Shown in pieces: positions 7,750 to 17,535 of a stretch of DNA of 32,000 nt. Source of the stretch: Pseudomonas aeruginosa (GTDB taxonomy: Bacteria; Pseudomonadota; Gammaproteobacteria; Pseudomonadales; Pseudomonadaceae); the NCBI RefSeq assembly GCF_001457615.1, contig NZ_LN831024.1, positions 3,510,001-3,542,000 of the forward strand, written 5' to 3'. The translations under genes and the position numbers were made by a program. The notes beneath the pieces are model-generated. The model made no database searches. It was not told the origin of the DNA and saw only the letters and a program-made list of their open reading frames with translations. Positions within the stretch are counted from its first letter, which is position 1; each line of letters starts with the position of its first letter.

Positions 7750-8728
7750 CCAGCACCCGGCCGACCAGCTTGCCGGCGAGGATCTGGTTGATCGCCCCCG
7801 GCAGCTCTTCGAGGGCGATCTCGCGCGCCACCTCTTCGAGGTTGTCGAGCTTCCATTGCAGCGACAGCTTGTCCCAAATGGATGCCTTGACCACCAGCGG
7901 CAGCTCCACCGAGTCCACCCCGAGCAGGTTGACCCCGCGCAGGATGAACGGCAGCACCGAGGCCTTGAAGCCGGCGCCGGCGGTCAGGCCGCAGCAGGCG
8001 ACGCTGCCGCCGTACTGCAACGACTTGACCACATTGAAGAGGATGTCGCCGCCGACGGTGTCCACCGCGCCGGCCCACTGTTCCTTGAGCAACGGCTTGT
8101 CGACGCCATCGGCCACGGTGGCGCGATCGAGGATCTGCTTGGCCCCCAGGCGGTTGAGGAACTCGGCCTGCTCCAGCTTGCCGGTGGCGGCCGCCACGGT
8201 GTAGCCGAGCTTGGCCAGCAGTTCCACGGCGATACTGCCGACCCCGCCGCTGGCGCCGGTGACCAGCACCGAGCCATGGTCGGGGCGCAGGCCGCTGCGC
8301 TCCAGCTTTTCGACGCAGAGCGCCGCGGTCAGGCCGGCGGTGCCGAGGATCATCGCCTCGCGCAGGCTCAGGCCTTGCGGGCGCTTGATCACCCAGGCCG
8401 CGGGCACGCGGATGTACTGGCCGAAACCGCCGGCGGTGTTCATGCCCAGGTCGTAGCCGGTGACGATCACCTCGTCACCGGCCGCGAACTCGGCCACCGA
8501 GGACTCGGCGACCACACCGGCGGCATCGATGCCGGGGGTATGCGGGTACTTGCGGGTCACCCCGCGGTTGCCGCTGGCGGACAGCGCATCCTTGTAGTTC
8601 AGCGAGGAATACTGCACGCGGATCAGTACGTCGCCCGCCGGCAGGTCGCCGGTATCGCGCTCGACCACCTGCGTTTCGTAAACGCCGTGGGGCGCTTCCG
8701 TCACCCACAACGCCTTGAATACAGCCAT
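7736..8728 (-). CDS. acuI: MDR/AcuI-like quinone oxidoreductase (acrylyl-CoA reductase family)
   Basis: SSLNYKDALSASGNRGVTRKYPHTPGIDAAG and VLVTGASGGVGSIAVELLAKLGY; 3' end overlaps the convergent hydrolase. Confidence 0.88.
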   Translation of the reverse strand: MAVFKALWVTEAPHGVYETQVVERDTGDLPAGDVLIRVQYSSLNYKDALSASGNRGVTRKYPHTPGIDAAGVVAESSVAEFAAGDEVIVTGYDLGMNTAGGFGQYIRVPAAWVIKRPQGLSLREAMILGTAGLTAALCVEKLERSGLRPDHGSVLVTGASGGVGSIAVELLAKLGYTVAAATGKLEQAEFLNRLGAKQILDRATVADGVDKPLLKEQWAGAVDTVGGDILFNVVKSLQYGGSVACCGLTAGAGFKASVLPFILRGVNLLGVDSVELPLVVKASIWDKLSLQWKLDNLEEVAREIALEELPGAINQILAGKLVGRVLVNLG

Positions 8729-8786
8729 TTCGACCTCCTCTCGTGAAAACCCTGAAGACAGCGTGTTCGTCCCTGTCGGCGCCGGC

Positions 8787-9812
8787 CTATTGCCAGAACT
8801 TCTGCTGGTTGAGCCGCCCCCACCAGGTCACCAGCACGCGGTCGATAACCACGCTGGCGGCCAGGCCGACGCGTTCCTGCAGGCTCTTGCGCTCGACGAA
8901 TTGCACCTGGTAGACATCGCGCTCCCTGGCCTGCTCGGCCAGGTACTCGTCGCTGGTCTTGAGTTCGTCCACCAGCAGCTTGCCCAGTGCGGCCTGGCCC
9001 AGCCAGACCTCGCCGGTGGCGATCTCGTCCATGTTCAGTTGCGGCCGGTAGTGGGCCACGAAGTTCTTGAACAGTTCGTGGGTCACCTCCAGGTCCTCCT
9101 GGAACTTTTCCCGGCCCTTCTCGGTGTTCTCGCCGAATACCGTCAGCGTACGCTTGTATTCGCCGGCGGTAAGCACCTCGAAGTCAATATCGTGCTTCTT
9201 CAACAGCCGGTGGACGTTGGGCAACTGCGCCACCACGCCGATCGAGCCGAGGATGGCGAAGGGCGCGGAAAGGATCCGATCGCCGATGCAGGCCATCATG
9301 TAGCCGCCGCTGGCCGCCACCTTGTCGACGCACACGGTCAGCGGCACACCGGCCTGGCGGATGCGCGCCAGTTGCGAGGCCGCCAGGCCGTAGCCATGGA
9401 CCATGCCACCGCCGCTTTCCAGGCGCAGCACCACCTCGTCGTCCTTGCCCGCCATGCTCAGCACCGCAGTCACTTCGTGGCGCAGTTGCTCGGTAGCCGA
9501 GGCCTTGATGTCGCCGTCGAAATCGAGCACGTAGACCCGCGACTTCTGTTCAGGATGTTTCTTCGCCTGCTTCGCCGCCTTGCTCTCCTCCTTGCGCAAG
9601 GCCTTGAGGCTGGCCTTGTCGAGGACGCTGTGGCGGACCCGCTCGCGCAGGTCCTTGTAGAAATCGTTGAGCTTCTGCACGTCGAGGTGCCCGCCTGCGC
9701 CGCGCCGGCCGCGGCCGCGCAGGGCGACGATCACCACCAGCACCACGATGATCGCCGCCAGCACGGTCACGGTCCTGGCCAGAAAGCCCGCATATTCGGC
9801 AATGAACTCCAC
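8787..9812 (-). CDS. sohB: Peptidase S49 family inner-membrane protease, SohB-like
   Basis: N-terminal TM; VLRLESGGGMVHGYGLAASQLARIR...VCVDKVAASGGYMMACIGDRILSAPFAILGSIGV. Confidence 0.92.
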   Translation of the reverse strand: MEFIAEYAGFLARTVTVLAAIIVVLVVIVALRGRGRRGAGGHLDVQKLNDFYKDLRERVRHSVLDKASLKALRKEESKAAKQAKKHPEQKSRVYVLDFDGDIKASATEQLRHEVTAVLSMAGKDDEVVLRLESGGGMVHGYGLAASQLARIRQAGVPLTVCVDKVAASGGYMMACIGDRILSAPFAILGSIGVVAQLPNVHRLLKKHDIDFEVLTAGEYKRTLTVFGENTEKGREKFQEDLEVTHELFKNFVAHYRPQLNMDEIATGEVWLGQAALGKLLVDELKTSDEYLAEQARERDVYQVQFVERKSLQERVGLAASVVIDRVLVTWWGRLNQQKFWQ

Positions 9813-9986
9813 ACAACCCCCTCTCTACTGTTGACGCACCCGTCTACGGGCGACACGATTGCGCAAGCATACCCAGGCCACCGACGGGCGGCCAGCGATG
9901 CCACTGCCTGGAGAGCCTTTGCAGGGCGCGCCCGGAGCAGCCGATAAAGGCAGCGAATGACATTCAAACAAGCGTATGTTTTTTCG

Positions 9987-10015
9987 TTGACAGCCCTGGG
10001 TGATCCTCATACCCT
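9987..10015 (+). promoter_or_regulatory. Candidate sigma70-like promoter for the histidine phosphatase gene
   Basis: TTGACA, 17-bp spacer, TACCCT; ~30 bp upstream of the GTG start. Confidence 0.45.
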
Positions 10016-10045
10016 CGCGGAACTTTCACCCGCCGAGGTCCGCCC

Positions 10046-10756
10046 GTGGGCAGCATCTACCTGATTCGACATGGCCAGGCGTCGTTCGGTGCCGACGACT
10101 ACGACGTGCTGTCGCCGACCGGCATCCGCCAGGCGGAAATCCTCGGCGACCACCTGCTGAACCTCGGCGTCCGTTTCGACCGCGTCCTCAGCGGCGGCTT
10201 GCGCCGCCAGCAGCACACCGCCCGCGCCGCCCTCGAACGCCTGGAGTCCTCCGGGCTGGCCACGCCGGAGCTGGAAGTCGATCCGGCGTTCAACGAATTC
10301 GAAGCCGACGCGGTGATCCGCGCGCACCTGCCGGACCTGCTCGATGAGCAGCCGGAAGCCTTGCACATCCTTCGCCATGCGGCCGAGCATCGGGCCGAGT
10401 TCCAGCGCCTGTTCTCCACCATCATCGCGCGCTGGGTTTCCGGCAACCATGAGAAAGATGGGCTGGAAAGCTGGCAGGAATTCCTCGATAAGGTCCATGA
10501 CGGTCTTCGTCGTCTGCTGGCGCAGGCCAGCGGCAAGGACAGGGTCGCCGTGTTCACCTCCGGCGGTACCATTACCGCCCTGCTCCAGCTGATCGTCGGC
10601 GTTCCGCCGCTCAAGGCCTTCGAGCTGAACTGGCAGATCGTCAATACCTCGCTGACTCGCCTGAAATTCCGCGGCGAGGAAGTGTCCCTGGCTTCCTTCA
10701 ACAGTCACGTGCACCTGGAACTGTTGAAGGCGCCGGAACTCATCACCTATCGATGA
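10046..10756 (+). CDS. Histidine phosphatase superfamily (phosphoglycerate mutase-like) protein
   Basis: GTG start; IYLIRHGQASFGADDYDVLSPTGIRQAE and AVFTSGGTI. Confidence 0.9.
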   Translation: MGSIYLIRHGQASFGADDYDVLSPTGIRQAEILGDHLLNLGVRFDRVLSGGLRRQQHTARAALERLESSGLATPELEVDPAFNEFEADAVIRAHLPDLLDEQPEALHILRHAAEHRAEFQRLFSTIIARWVSGNHEKDGLESWQEFLDKVHDGLRRLLAQASGKDRVAVFTSGGTITALLQLIVGVPPLKAFELNWQIVNTSLTRLKFRGEEVSLASFNSHVHLELLKAPELITYR

Positions 10757-10816
10757 GCCGGCCTACCGCGACCGTTCCGGTCGCCGAAAAAACCCTAGAA
10801 GAAAGGAATAGAACCC

Positions 10817-11131
10817 ATGACCACCGTTGCTGACATCGTCTCCACCATGAAAAGCAAGTTCAACGCCAGCGCGGCCGCCGGCCTGGATCTGGTGTTCCAG
10901 TTCAACATCGAAGACGGCGACAACCACTACCTGGTCGTCAAGGATGGTACCTGCGAAGTGGTACAGGGCGACGCCGAGAACCCCAACGTCACCCTGATCA
11001 TGGACAGCGAAACCCTGAAGGGCATCACCAGCGGCGAGACCGACGGCATGCAGGCCTTCATGGCCGGCAAGCTGCGCGCCGAAGGCGACATGATGCTGGC
11101 GATGAAGCTGGGCGAACTGTTCCCGGTCTGA
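10817..11131 (+). CDS. SCP2 sterol-binding domain protein
   Basis: 104 aa; VFQFNIEDGDNHYLVVKDGTCEVVQGDAENPNVTLIMDSETLKGITSGETDGMQAFMAGKLRAEGDMMLAMKLGELF. Confidence 0.93.
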   Translation: MTTVADIVSTMKSKFNASAAAGLDLVFQFNIEDGDNHYLVVKDGTCEVVQGDAENPNVTLIMDSETLKGITSGETDGMQAFMAGKLRAEGDMMLAMKLGELFPV

Positions 11132-11158
11132 CCGTTTCCGGCGCCATGCCAGAAGGAA

Positions 11159-11190
11159 AACCGGAGTCCCTCGCGGCTCCGGTTTTTTTT
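11159..11190 (+). terminator. Rho-independent terminator after the SCP2 gene
   Basis: AACCGGAG...CTCCGGTT followed by a T run. Confidence 0.85.
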
Positions 11191-11269
11191 CGTCCGGCAT
11201 TCCTCCAGGCCGACGATCAGGGACCGTGATGGAGCGGCAACACGCTTGCCCATAACGCCTGGCGGCGGC

Positions 11270-11298
11270 TTGTGAGGGCCGGGACAGGGCATTAGATT
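11270..11298 (+). promoter_or_regulatory. Candidate promoter for the aminoglycoside phosphotransferase-like gene
   Basis: TTGTGA, 17-bp spacer, TAGATT; follows the SCP2 terminator. Confidence 0.3.
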
Positions 11299-11388
11299 AG
11301 CCAATTATCGCCGGTCACCATCATTGCGCAGCCTGATGCGCGCACCGGCTCCCGCGGCTCCGCCGTGGCACCACGAGAAGGGAACCCC

Positions 11389-12459
11389 ATGTCGCTGACC
11401 GACCAATCCACTCGCATCCGCGCCGGCGAAGAACTCGACGCCGCCGTCATCGACCCGTACCTGAAAGCCCATATCCCCGGCCTCGAAGGCACCCCGAAGA
11501 TCAGCCAGTTCCCCGGTGGCGCGTCCAACCTGACCTACCTGATCGAGTATCCGCGCCAAGAGTTCGTCCTGCGTCGCCCGCCATTCGGCCACAAGGCCAA
11601 GTCGGCCCACGACATGGGCCGCGAATACCGCATCCTGAACCAGTTGAACGCAGGCTTCCCCTACTGCCCGAAAGCCTACCTCTACTGCACCGACGAGTCG
11701 GTGATCGGCGCCGAGTTCTACATCATGGAACGGGTCAAGGGCATCATCCTGCGCGCCGAACTGCCGCCTGAGCTGAATCTCGACGAACAACAGACCCGCA
11801 GCCTGTGCAAGAGCTTCATCGACAAGTTCGTCGAACTGCACAACGTCGACTACGCCGCCTGCGGACTGGCCGACCTGGGCCGCCCGGACGGCTACGTGCA
11901 GCGCCAGATCGCCGGCTGGACCGACCGCTACGAGAAGGCCCTGACCCCCGACGCGCCGCTCTGGGAACCGGTCAAGGCCTGGCTCAAGGACAAGCAGCCG
12001 GCCGATCACCACAAGCCGGGCATCGTGCACAACGACTACCGCTTCGACAACGTGATCCTCGACCCGGAAAACCCGATGCAGATCATCGGCGTGCTGGACT
12101 GGGAACTGGCCACCCTCGGCGATCCGCTGATGGACCTCGGCAATACCCTCGCCTACTGGGTGGAAGCCGGCGACCCGGCTCCGGTGCAGCTGACCCGCCG
12201 CCAGCCCAGCCACCTGCCGGGCATGCTGACCCGCCGAGAGTTCGCCGACTACTACGCCGAGCGGGCCGGGATCCCACCGATCGACAACCTGGACTTCTAC
12301 TACACCTATGGCCTGTTCCGTCTTGCCGGCATCGTCCAGCAGATCTACTACCGCTACTACCACGGGCAGACCCAGGACAAGCGTTTCGCCCAGTTCGTGC
12401 AGATGAACAAGCTGCTGGAGCAGATGAGCCTGCAGGCCATCGAGCGCTCCCGCCTGTAA
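11389..12459 (+). CDS. APH-fold phosphotransferase family protein (ACAD10/11 kinase-domain type)
   Basis: Start MSLTDQ with an upstream purine-rich SD; SQFPGGASNLTYLIEYPRQEFVLRRPPFG; HNDYRFDN catalytic loop and VLDWELATLGDPLMDLG. Confidence 0.88.
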   Translation: MSLTDQSTRIRAGEELDAAVIDPYLKAHIPGLEGTPKISQFPGGASNLTYLIEYPRQEFVLRRPPFGHKAKSAHDMGREYRILNQLNAGFPYCPKAYLYCTDESVIGAEFYIMERVKGIILRAELPPELNLDEQQTRSLCKSFIDKFVELHNVDYAACGLADLGRPDGYVQRQIAGWTDRYEKALTPDAPLWEPVKAWLKDKQPADHHKPGIVHNDYRFDNVILDPENPMQIIGVLDWELATLGDPLMDLGNTLAYWVEAGDPAPVQLTRRQPSHLPGMLTRREFADYYAERAGIPPIDNLDFYYTYGLFRLAGIVQQIYYRYYHGQTQDKRFAQFVQMNKLLEQMSLQAIERSRL

Positions 12460-12483
12460 CCGACCACTACAAGGGGATAGCCC

Positions 12484-13251
12484 ATGTCCAAGACCCACCT
12501 GTTCGACCTCGACGGCAAGATCGCCTTCGTTTCCGGCGCCAGCCGCGGCATCGGCGAGGCGATAGCCAAGCTGCTGGCCCAGCAAGGCGCCCACGTGATC
12601 GTCTCGAGCCGCAAGATCGATGGCTGCCAGGCGGTCGCCGACGCGATCACCGCGGAGGGCGGCAAGGCCACCGCGATCGCCTGCCACATCGGCGAGATGG
12701 AGCAGATCCAGAACGTCTTCGCACAGATCCGCGAGCAGTTCGGCCGCCTCGACATCCTGGTCAACAACGCCGCCACCAACCCGCAGTTCTGCAACGTACT
12801 GGAAACCGACCTCGGCGCCTTCCAGAAGACCGTCGACGTCAACATCCGCGGCTACTACTTCATGTCCATCGAGGGCGGCAAGCTGATGAAGGAACACGGC
12901 GGCGGCAGCATCATCAACGTGGCCTCGATCAACGGCGTATCGCCCGGCGAGTTCCAGGGCATCTACTCGGTGACCAAGGCCGCCGTGATCAGCATGACCA
13001 AGGTCTTCGCCAAGGAATGCGCGCAGTTCGGCATCCGCTGCAACGCCCTCCTGCCAGGGTTGACCGACACCAAGTTCGCTTCGGCGCTGGTGAAGAACGA
13101 CGCGATCCGCAACCTCGCCCTGCAGCGCATCCCGCTCAAGCGCGTGGCCGAGCCGAGCGAAATGGCAGGCGCCGTACTCTACCTGGCTAGCGAAGCGTCC
13201 AGCTACACCACCGGCGTGGCGCTGAACGTCGACGGCGGCTTCCTTTCCTGA
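12484..13251 (+). CDS. Short-chain dehydrogenase/reductase (SDR)
   Basis: GASRGIGEAIAKLLAQQGAHVIVSSR, NNAATNP, YSVTKAAVISMTK. Confidence 0.93.
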   Translation: MSKTHLFDLDGKIAFVSGASRGIGEAIAKLLAQQGAHVIVSSRKIDGCQAVADAITAEGGKATAIACHIGEMEQIQNVFAQIREQFGRLDILVNNAATNPQFCNVLETDLGAFQKTVDVNIRGYYFMSIEGGKLMKEHGGGSIINVASINGVSPGEFQGIYSVTKAAVISMTKVFAKECAQFGIRCNALLPGLTDTKFASALVKNDAIRNLALQRIPLKRVAEPSEMAGAVLYLASEASSYTTGVALNVDGGFLS

Positions 13252-13269
13252 CGGAACGGCGAACGCGCG

Positions 13270-13296
13270 AAGAGGGAGCCAGGGCTCCCTCTTTTC
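13270..13296 (+). terminator. Rho-independent terminator after the SDR gene
   Basis: AAGAGGGAGC-CAGG-GCTCCCTCTT plus TTC. Confidence 0.85.
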
Positions 13297-13411
13297 ATTT
13301 CAGGATTGCCAATGCCTCGCACCAGCGCGGGACAGGCGCCCCACGGCTATTCACCTGCGTTCTCGGGTAGCCGGACGAGTACCCCCATAGGCGTTACCCG
13401 CCGCTTCCACT

Positions 13412-14173
13412 TCAGTTGCCGACCCGCCAGCCACCGTTCACCGACACCACCGTTCCGGTGACGAACCCCGCCTCGGGCGAGGCCAGCCAGGCCACCGCCG
13501 CGGCGATGTCCTCGACCCGGCCGGTCCTGCCCAGCGGGGTCTCGCCGACGATGGCGGCGACCCGTTGCGGATCGAGGCCGCCGGGAAAGAACCGGGTGTC
13601 GGCGATGTAACCCGGCGCCACGCTGTTCACCGTGATCCCGCGCGAACCGAGTTCCCGCGCCAGGGCCACGCCGAAGCCATGCAGGCCGGCCTTGGCTGCC
13701 GCATAGCCCAGCGCACCAGGACTGCCGCTACCGGTCTGCGCAGCGATCGATCCGATATGGATGATCCGCCCGCCCTCTTCCGCGAAATGCGGCAACACCG
13801 CCAGCGACATGAGGAACGCGCTTTTCAGGTTGCCGTCCAGCAGCGCATCCCATTCCCGCTCGGCCTCAGCCAGCGGAGTGGTGGCGGCGATCTTTCGGGT
13901 GAACCCGGCGTTGTTCACCAGCACGTCGAGCCCCTGGAAGGTGTCGCCAACCCAGGCGGCCACCGCCTCGACAGCTTCGCGGCGGGAAAGATCGGCGGCC
14001 ATCCAGGGCACACCGCCCAACTCGGCGGCAGCGCGTTGCAGGCGCTGGGAATCACGGGCCACCAGGGCGATCCGATAACCCTGTTGCCGAAGGCGCCGGG
14101 CGATGGCCAGGCCGATGCCCGACGAGCCGCCGGTGACCAGGGCGGTACGGGGGATTGGAGAATGAGTGTGCAT
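13412..14173 (-). CDS. Short-chain dehydrogenase/reductase (SDR)
   Basis: TGGSSGIGLAIARRLRQQGYRIALVARD, NNAG, YAAAKAGLHGF. Confidence 0.92.
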   Translation of the reverse strand: MHTHSPIPRTALVTGGSSGIGLAIARRLRQQGYRIALVARDSQRLQRAAAELGGVPWMAADLSRREAVEAVAAWVGDTFQGLDVLVNNAGFTRKIAATTPLAEAEREWDALLDGNLKSAFLMSLAVLPHFAEEGGRIIHIGSIAAQTGSGSPGALGYAAAKAGLHGFGVALARELGSRGITVNSVAPGYIADTRFFPGGLDPQRVAAIVGETPLGRTGRVEDIAAAVAWLASPEAGFVTGTVVSVNGGWRVGN

Positions 14174-14304
14174 GACGGGCTTCCTCTGTAATGGATGGAA
14201 CGCCTCGTCTGGCCAGAGCGAGCGTACGGATGGATTTTCGACGGATCCGCCGCGATATATCCAATACTGTCTTTCTTAACTCACCATATCCGGGAGATAT
14301 CGCA

Positions 14305-15210
14305 ATGGCCGACTTACGCCAGTTCCGCCAGTTCGTCGCGGTTGCCGAGGAGCTGAGCTTCCGCCGCGCCGCTGAGCGCCTGCACATGGCCCAGCCACCG
14401 CTGACCACTGCGATCCGGCGGCTGGAAGAAGAAGTCGGCGCCAGCCTGCTGGAGCGTGACAACCGTATCCACCGCCTGACGCCGGCAGGCCGCGCGTTCC
14501 TCGACGAAGCCCGGCGCACCCTGGCCCAGGCCGAACGCACCCTGGCGGCCGCGCGCAGCGCCGCCAGCGGACGCAGAACGTTGCGCCTGGCGTTCGTCGA
14601 CAGCACCATCAATATTCTGCTACCGCGCATACTCCAGGCGTTCCGCCACCAGCATGGCGCGCTGGACTTCCAGCTCCAGGAAGACACCACCGCGGGGCAA
14701 CTGGAGGCGTTGCGCGAAGACCGCATCGATGCCGGCCTGATCGTCCTGCCGGTCGACCGCCAGCCCGGCCTGTACACACATCTACTGGTGGACGGCGACA
14801 TGCGCGTGGCATTGCCCGAAGGGCATCGGCTGGCACGCCATGCGCGCCTGCGCCTGGAACAACTGGCCGGAGAACCCTGGCTGCTGTTTCCACGGCACTA
14901 TGGGCCGGGCATGCACGACCTGATCGTCGCCGCCTGCGCGGCAGCCGGCTTCGTCCCGGAGGTGGTGCAGGAGGCGCGGCAGATGCAGACCATCGCCGGG
15001 CTGGTGGCCGGCGGCATCGGCGTCGCGCTAGTGCCTTCGCTGCTACAACCGTTGCGCCCGCCGGGGGTCACCTTTCGTCCCCTGCAAGGGCGGCGGGCGC
15101 GAATTCCCTATCGGCTGGCGCTGGCCTACCGCACGCCGTCGGAACTCATCGAACGCTTTCGCGAAACCGCCCAGGCGATCGCCGCCGCCCCGGCTTTTCG
15201 CATGGCCTAG
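14305..15210 (+). CDS. LysR-family transcriptional regulator
   Basis: Start MADLRQFRQFVAVAEELSFRRAAERLHMAQPPLTTAIRRLEEEVGASLLERDN, with GGGAG SD; the track start at 14191 is too long. Confidence 0.92.
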   Translation: MADLRQFRQFVAVAEELSFRRAAERLHMAQPPLTTAIRRLEEEVGASLLERDNRIHRLTPAGRAFLDEARRTLAQAERTLAAARSAASGRRTLRLAFVDSTINILLPRILQAFRHQHGALDFQLQEDTTAGQLEALREDRIDAGLIVLPVDRQPGLYTHLLVDGDMRVALPEGHRLARHARLRLEQLAGEPWLLFPRHYGPGMHDLIVAACAAAGFVPEVVQEARQMQTIAGLVAGGIGVALVPSLLQPLRPPGVTFRPLQGRRARIPYRLALAYRTPSELIERFRETAQAIAAAPAFRMA

Positions 15211-15851
15211 CGCCAGTCCCTGAGCGCCTCCTCGGCCGCCAGGTTCATCGGCTCGGCAAGCAGCCCGGCGACGCCGTAGTTCACCGCGAACACCGCCTTG
15301 TCCGCCATCGGCAGGAAAGTCACCCGCCCCGCCAGCGGCTCGAACAGGAACAGGTCGTGCTCGCCGGCCCGCAGCCAGCGCCAGAGATCGACCCCCAGCG
15401 GACTCTGCGACAAGCCCAGGCGGCGGCCCCGGGACTGCTGCTCGAGAGCCAGGAAGCGGCCGCTGAGCGCGTCGAGGCGATAGCCCGGCGCCAGACCGAT
15501 CAACGCGGCCAGCCCCTTCCAGCGGAAAATCCGCGCGTCCAGTTGCCAGAGTTCGCCGTCCAGCACCACGCTGCGCTCGTTGGCGCCCTCCTGGATCAGC
15601 ACCCGGTAGCGCTGCGGCCCTTCGGCCTGGAAGCTCAGGGTGGCCATCGGCTGCTCGAGCTTGAGCAGCGAATAGCTGCGCAGGTCCCAGGCGAGCACCA
15701 GCAGCAGCGCCGCCACGGCGACGAAGGCCAAGCCGCAGGTGCCGCGCAGCCAGCCGAGGAACCAGGTGCGTTCGAAGAGGATGCGCACCGCGACCAGGGC
15801 GGCCAGCAAGGCCAGTAACGCGAATGCCCAGGCCAGACCGTCGTACTGCAT
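15207..15851 (-). CDS. Conserved membrane-anchored hypothetical protein
   Basis: 214 aa; two N-terminal hydrophobic segments then a soluble domain; convergent to the LysR gene with a 4-nt overlap. Confidence 0.75.
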   Translation of the reverse strand: MQYDGLAWAFALLALLAALVAVRILFERTWFLGWLRGTCGLAFVAVAALLLVLAWDLRSYSLLKLEQPMATLSFQAEGPQRYRVLIQEGANERSVVLDGELWQLDARIFRWKGLAALIGLAPGYRLDALSGRFLALEQQSRGRRLGLSQSPLGVDLWRWLRAGEHDLFLFEPLAGRVTFLPMADKAVFAVNYGVAGLLAEPMNLAAEEALRDWR

Positions 15852-15951
15852 GCAAGCGATTCCTTCTGCGTGAAATTGCGGGCATTATGCGCACCCCTCC
15901 TCCCGACGGCCAGCGAGGCCGTTTCCCGATTGGAAGCAGGTCCGGTTTTTC

Positions 15952-16731
15952 ATGCCCTTCGAACTCGCGATAGACCCCAGCACCCTGATCATCCTGGCCG
16001 TGGTGGCCTTTCTCGCCGGCTTCATCGACGCCATCGCCGGCGGCGGCGGCCTGTTGACCATCCCTGCGCTGCTCACCGCCGGGGTCCCGCCGCACCTGGC
16101 GCTGGGTACCAACAAGCTGAGCTCGACCTTCGGTGCGGCGACCGCCAGCTACACCTTCTACCGGCGCAAGCTGTTCCATCCCGGGAAGTGGCGCTACGGT
16201 CTGCTCGCCACCGCGATCGGCGCCGCCATAGGCGCCTGGGCGGCTCACCTGCTGCCCGCCGAGTGGCTGAACCGGATGCTCCCGGTGGTGGTATTCACCT
16301 GCGGCCTCTACATGCTCTTCGGCGGCACGCCGAAGGCGCCGCTGGACGCCGATGCGCCGGTCGGACGCAAGCGCCAGTGGCCGCAAGGCCTCGCCCTGGG
16401 CTTCTACGACGGCGTGGCGGGACCGGGCACCGGAGCGTTCTGGACCGTCAGCTCGCTGCTCATGTACCCGCTGGACCTGGTCCGCGCCAGCGGTGTGGCG
16501 CGGAGCATGAACTTCGTCAGCAACATAGTGGCGCTGGCGGTGTTCGTCGCCTCCGGCCAGGTGATCTGGTTGCTCGGCCTGTGCATGGGTGCGTCGCTGA
16601 TGGTCGGCGCCTATTTCGGCGCGCGCACCGCCATCGGCGGCGGGGCGAGGTTCATTCGCCCGGTGTTCATCCTGGTGGTCCTGGCGCTGACCGCGCGGCT
16701 AGCCTGGCAGCACTGGTTCAGCGGCGCCTGA
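15952..16731 (+). CDS. TauE/SafE-family permease (TSUP family)
   Basis: [49 protein letters not shown]. Confidence 0.92.
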   Translation: MPFELAIDPSTLIILAVVAFLAGFIDAIAGGGGLLTIPALLTAGVPPHLALGTNKLSSTFGAATASYTFYRRKLFHPGKWRYGLLATAIGAAIGAWAAHLLPAEWLNRMLPVVVFTCGLYMLFGGTPKAPLDADAPVGRKRQWPQGLALGFYDGVAGPGTGAFWTVSSLLMYPLDLVRASGVARSMNFVSNIVALAVFVASGQVIWLLGLCMGASLMVGAYFGARTAIGGGARFIRPVFILVVLALTARLAWQHWFSGA

Positions 16732-17535
16732 GCGGCGCGCCAGGTACAGGTCGATCAGGTGCCGGGCGATCGAGCGCTGCGCCGGTAGCGGCGGCAAGGC
16801 ATCGAGGGAGAACCACTGGGCGTCCTCGATCTCGTCTTCCTGCGGGGCGATCTCGCCGGACACGTACTCGGCGTGGAAACCGAGCATCAGCGAATGCGGG
16901 AACGGCCAGTTCTGGCTGCCGATGTATTCGAGATTGGCGACCTCCACCCCGACCTCTTCGCGCACCTCGCGGACCACGCACTGCTCCACCGACTCGCCGG
17001 CCTCGACGAAGCCGGCCAGGGTACTGTAGACCCCCGGCACGAAGCGCGGCGAACGCGCCAGCAACACCTCGTCGCCCCGGGTCACCAGGACGATCATGCT
17101 CGGCGACAGGCGCGGGTACTGGTGCAGCCCGCACTGCGGACACTGCATCACCCGCTCGTGGTCCTGCGCCTGCATGCGTGTGCCGCAATTGCCGCAGAAC
17201 CGGTTGTGACGTGCCCAGATGCCGATCTGGCTGGCATAGCCGAGCATGCAGAACTGATCGAAATCGCCGTGCAGCATGAACTGCCGCAACGGCGCCCAGG
17301 CCATGCCCGGCAGCTCGATCGGCTCGTCCAGTTCCAGCACGTAGACCGGCTCGCCCTGCCAATGGCCGACCCCATGTTCGGCGAGCAGCGGGAGTTCCTG
17401 GCGCTTCAGCCATTCGCGGGGGAACAGCAGGCCGTTGTCGTCCTGGAGGAAGCGCTGCTGACAGTGCGCGAGCACCCAGCCGCCGACCTGGGCGGTAGCC
17501 GGCCGACCTGCCTGCCAGCGGAACTCGCCGGCCAT
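16699..17535 (-). CDS. nudC: NADH pyrophosphatase / NAD-cap hydrolase
   Basis: Zn ribbon CGNCGTRM...CPQCG; Nudix box [25 protein letters not shown]; [14 protein letters not shown]. Confidence 0.95.
   Translation of the reverse strand: MAGEFRWQAGRPATAQVGGWVLAHCQQRFLQDDNGLLFPREWLKRQELPLLAEHGVGHWQGEPVYVLELDEPIELPGMAWAPLRQFMLHGDFDQFCMLGYASQIGIWARHNRFCGNCGTRMQAQDHERVMQCPQCGLHQYPRLSPSMIVLVTRGDEVLLARSPRFVPGVYSTLAGFVEAGESVEQCVVREVREEVGVEVANLEYIGSQNWPFPHSLMLGFHAEYVSGEIAPQEDEIEDAQWFSLDALPPLPAQRSIARHLIDLYLARRSGAAEPVLPG

Noticed and set aside
8715-9947. 410-aa plus-strand ORF
   Set aside because: Antisense of sohB, which has clear S49 peptidase motifs.
11305-12897. 530-aa minus-strand ORF
   Set aside because: Antisense to the kinase/SDR genes; no domain recognisable.
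11805-13190. 461-aa plus-strand ORF rich in Arg/Pro
   Set aside because: Out-of-frame translation of the kinase and SDR genes; GC-skew artefact.
15906-15922. ACGGCC-AGCGA-GGCCGT hairpin upstream of the TauE/SafE gene
   Set aside because: Only 6 bp with a short T run; hairpins this small are common in high-GC DNA, no evidence of function.
15043-16386. 447-aa minus-strand and 15870-17279 469-aa plus-strand ORFs
   Set aside because: Overlap the membrane protein, TauE/SafE permease and nudC in other frames; Arg/Pro/Ala-rich artefact translations.
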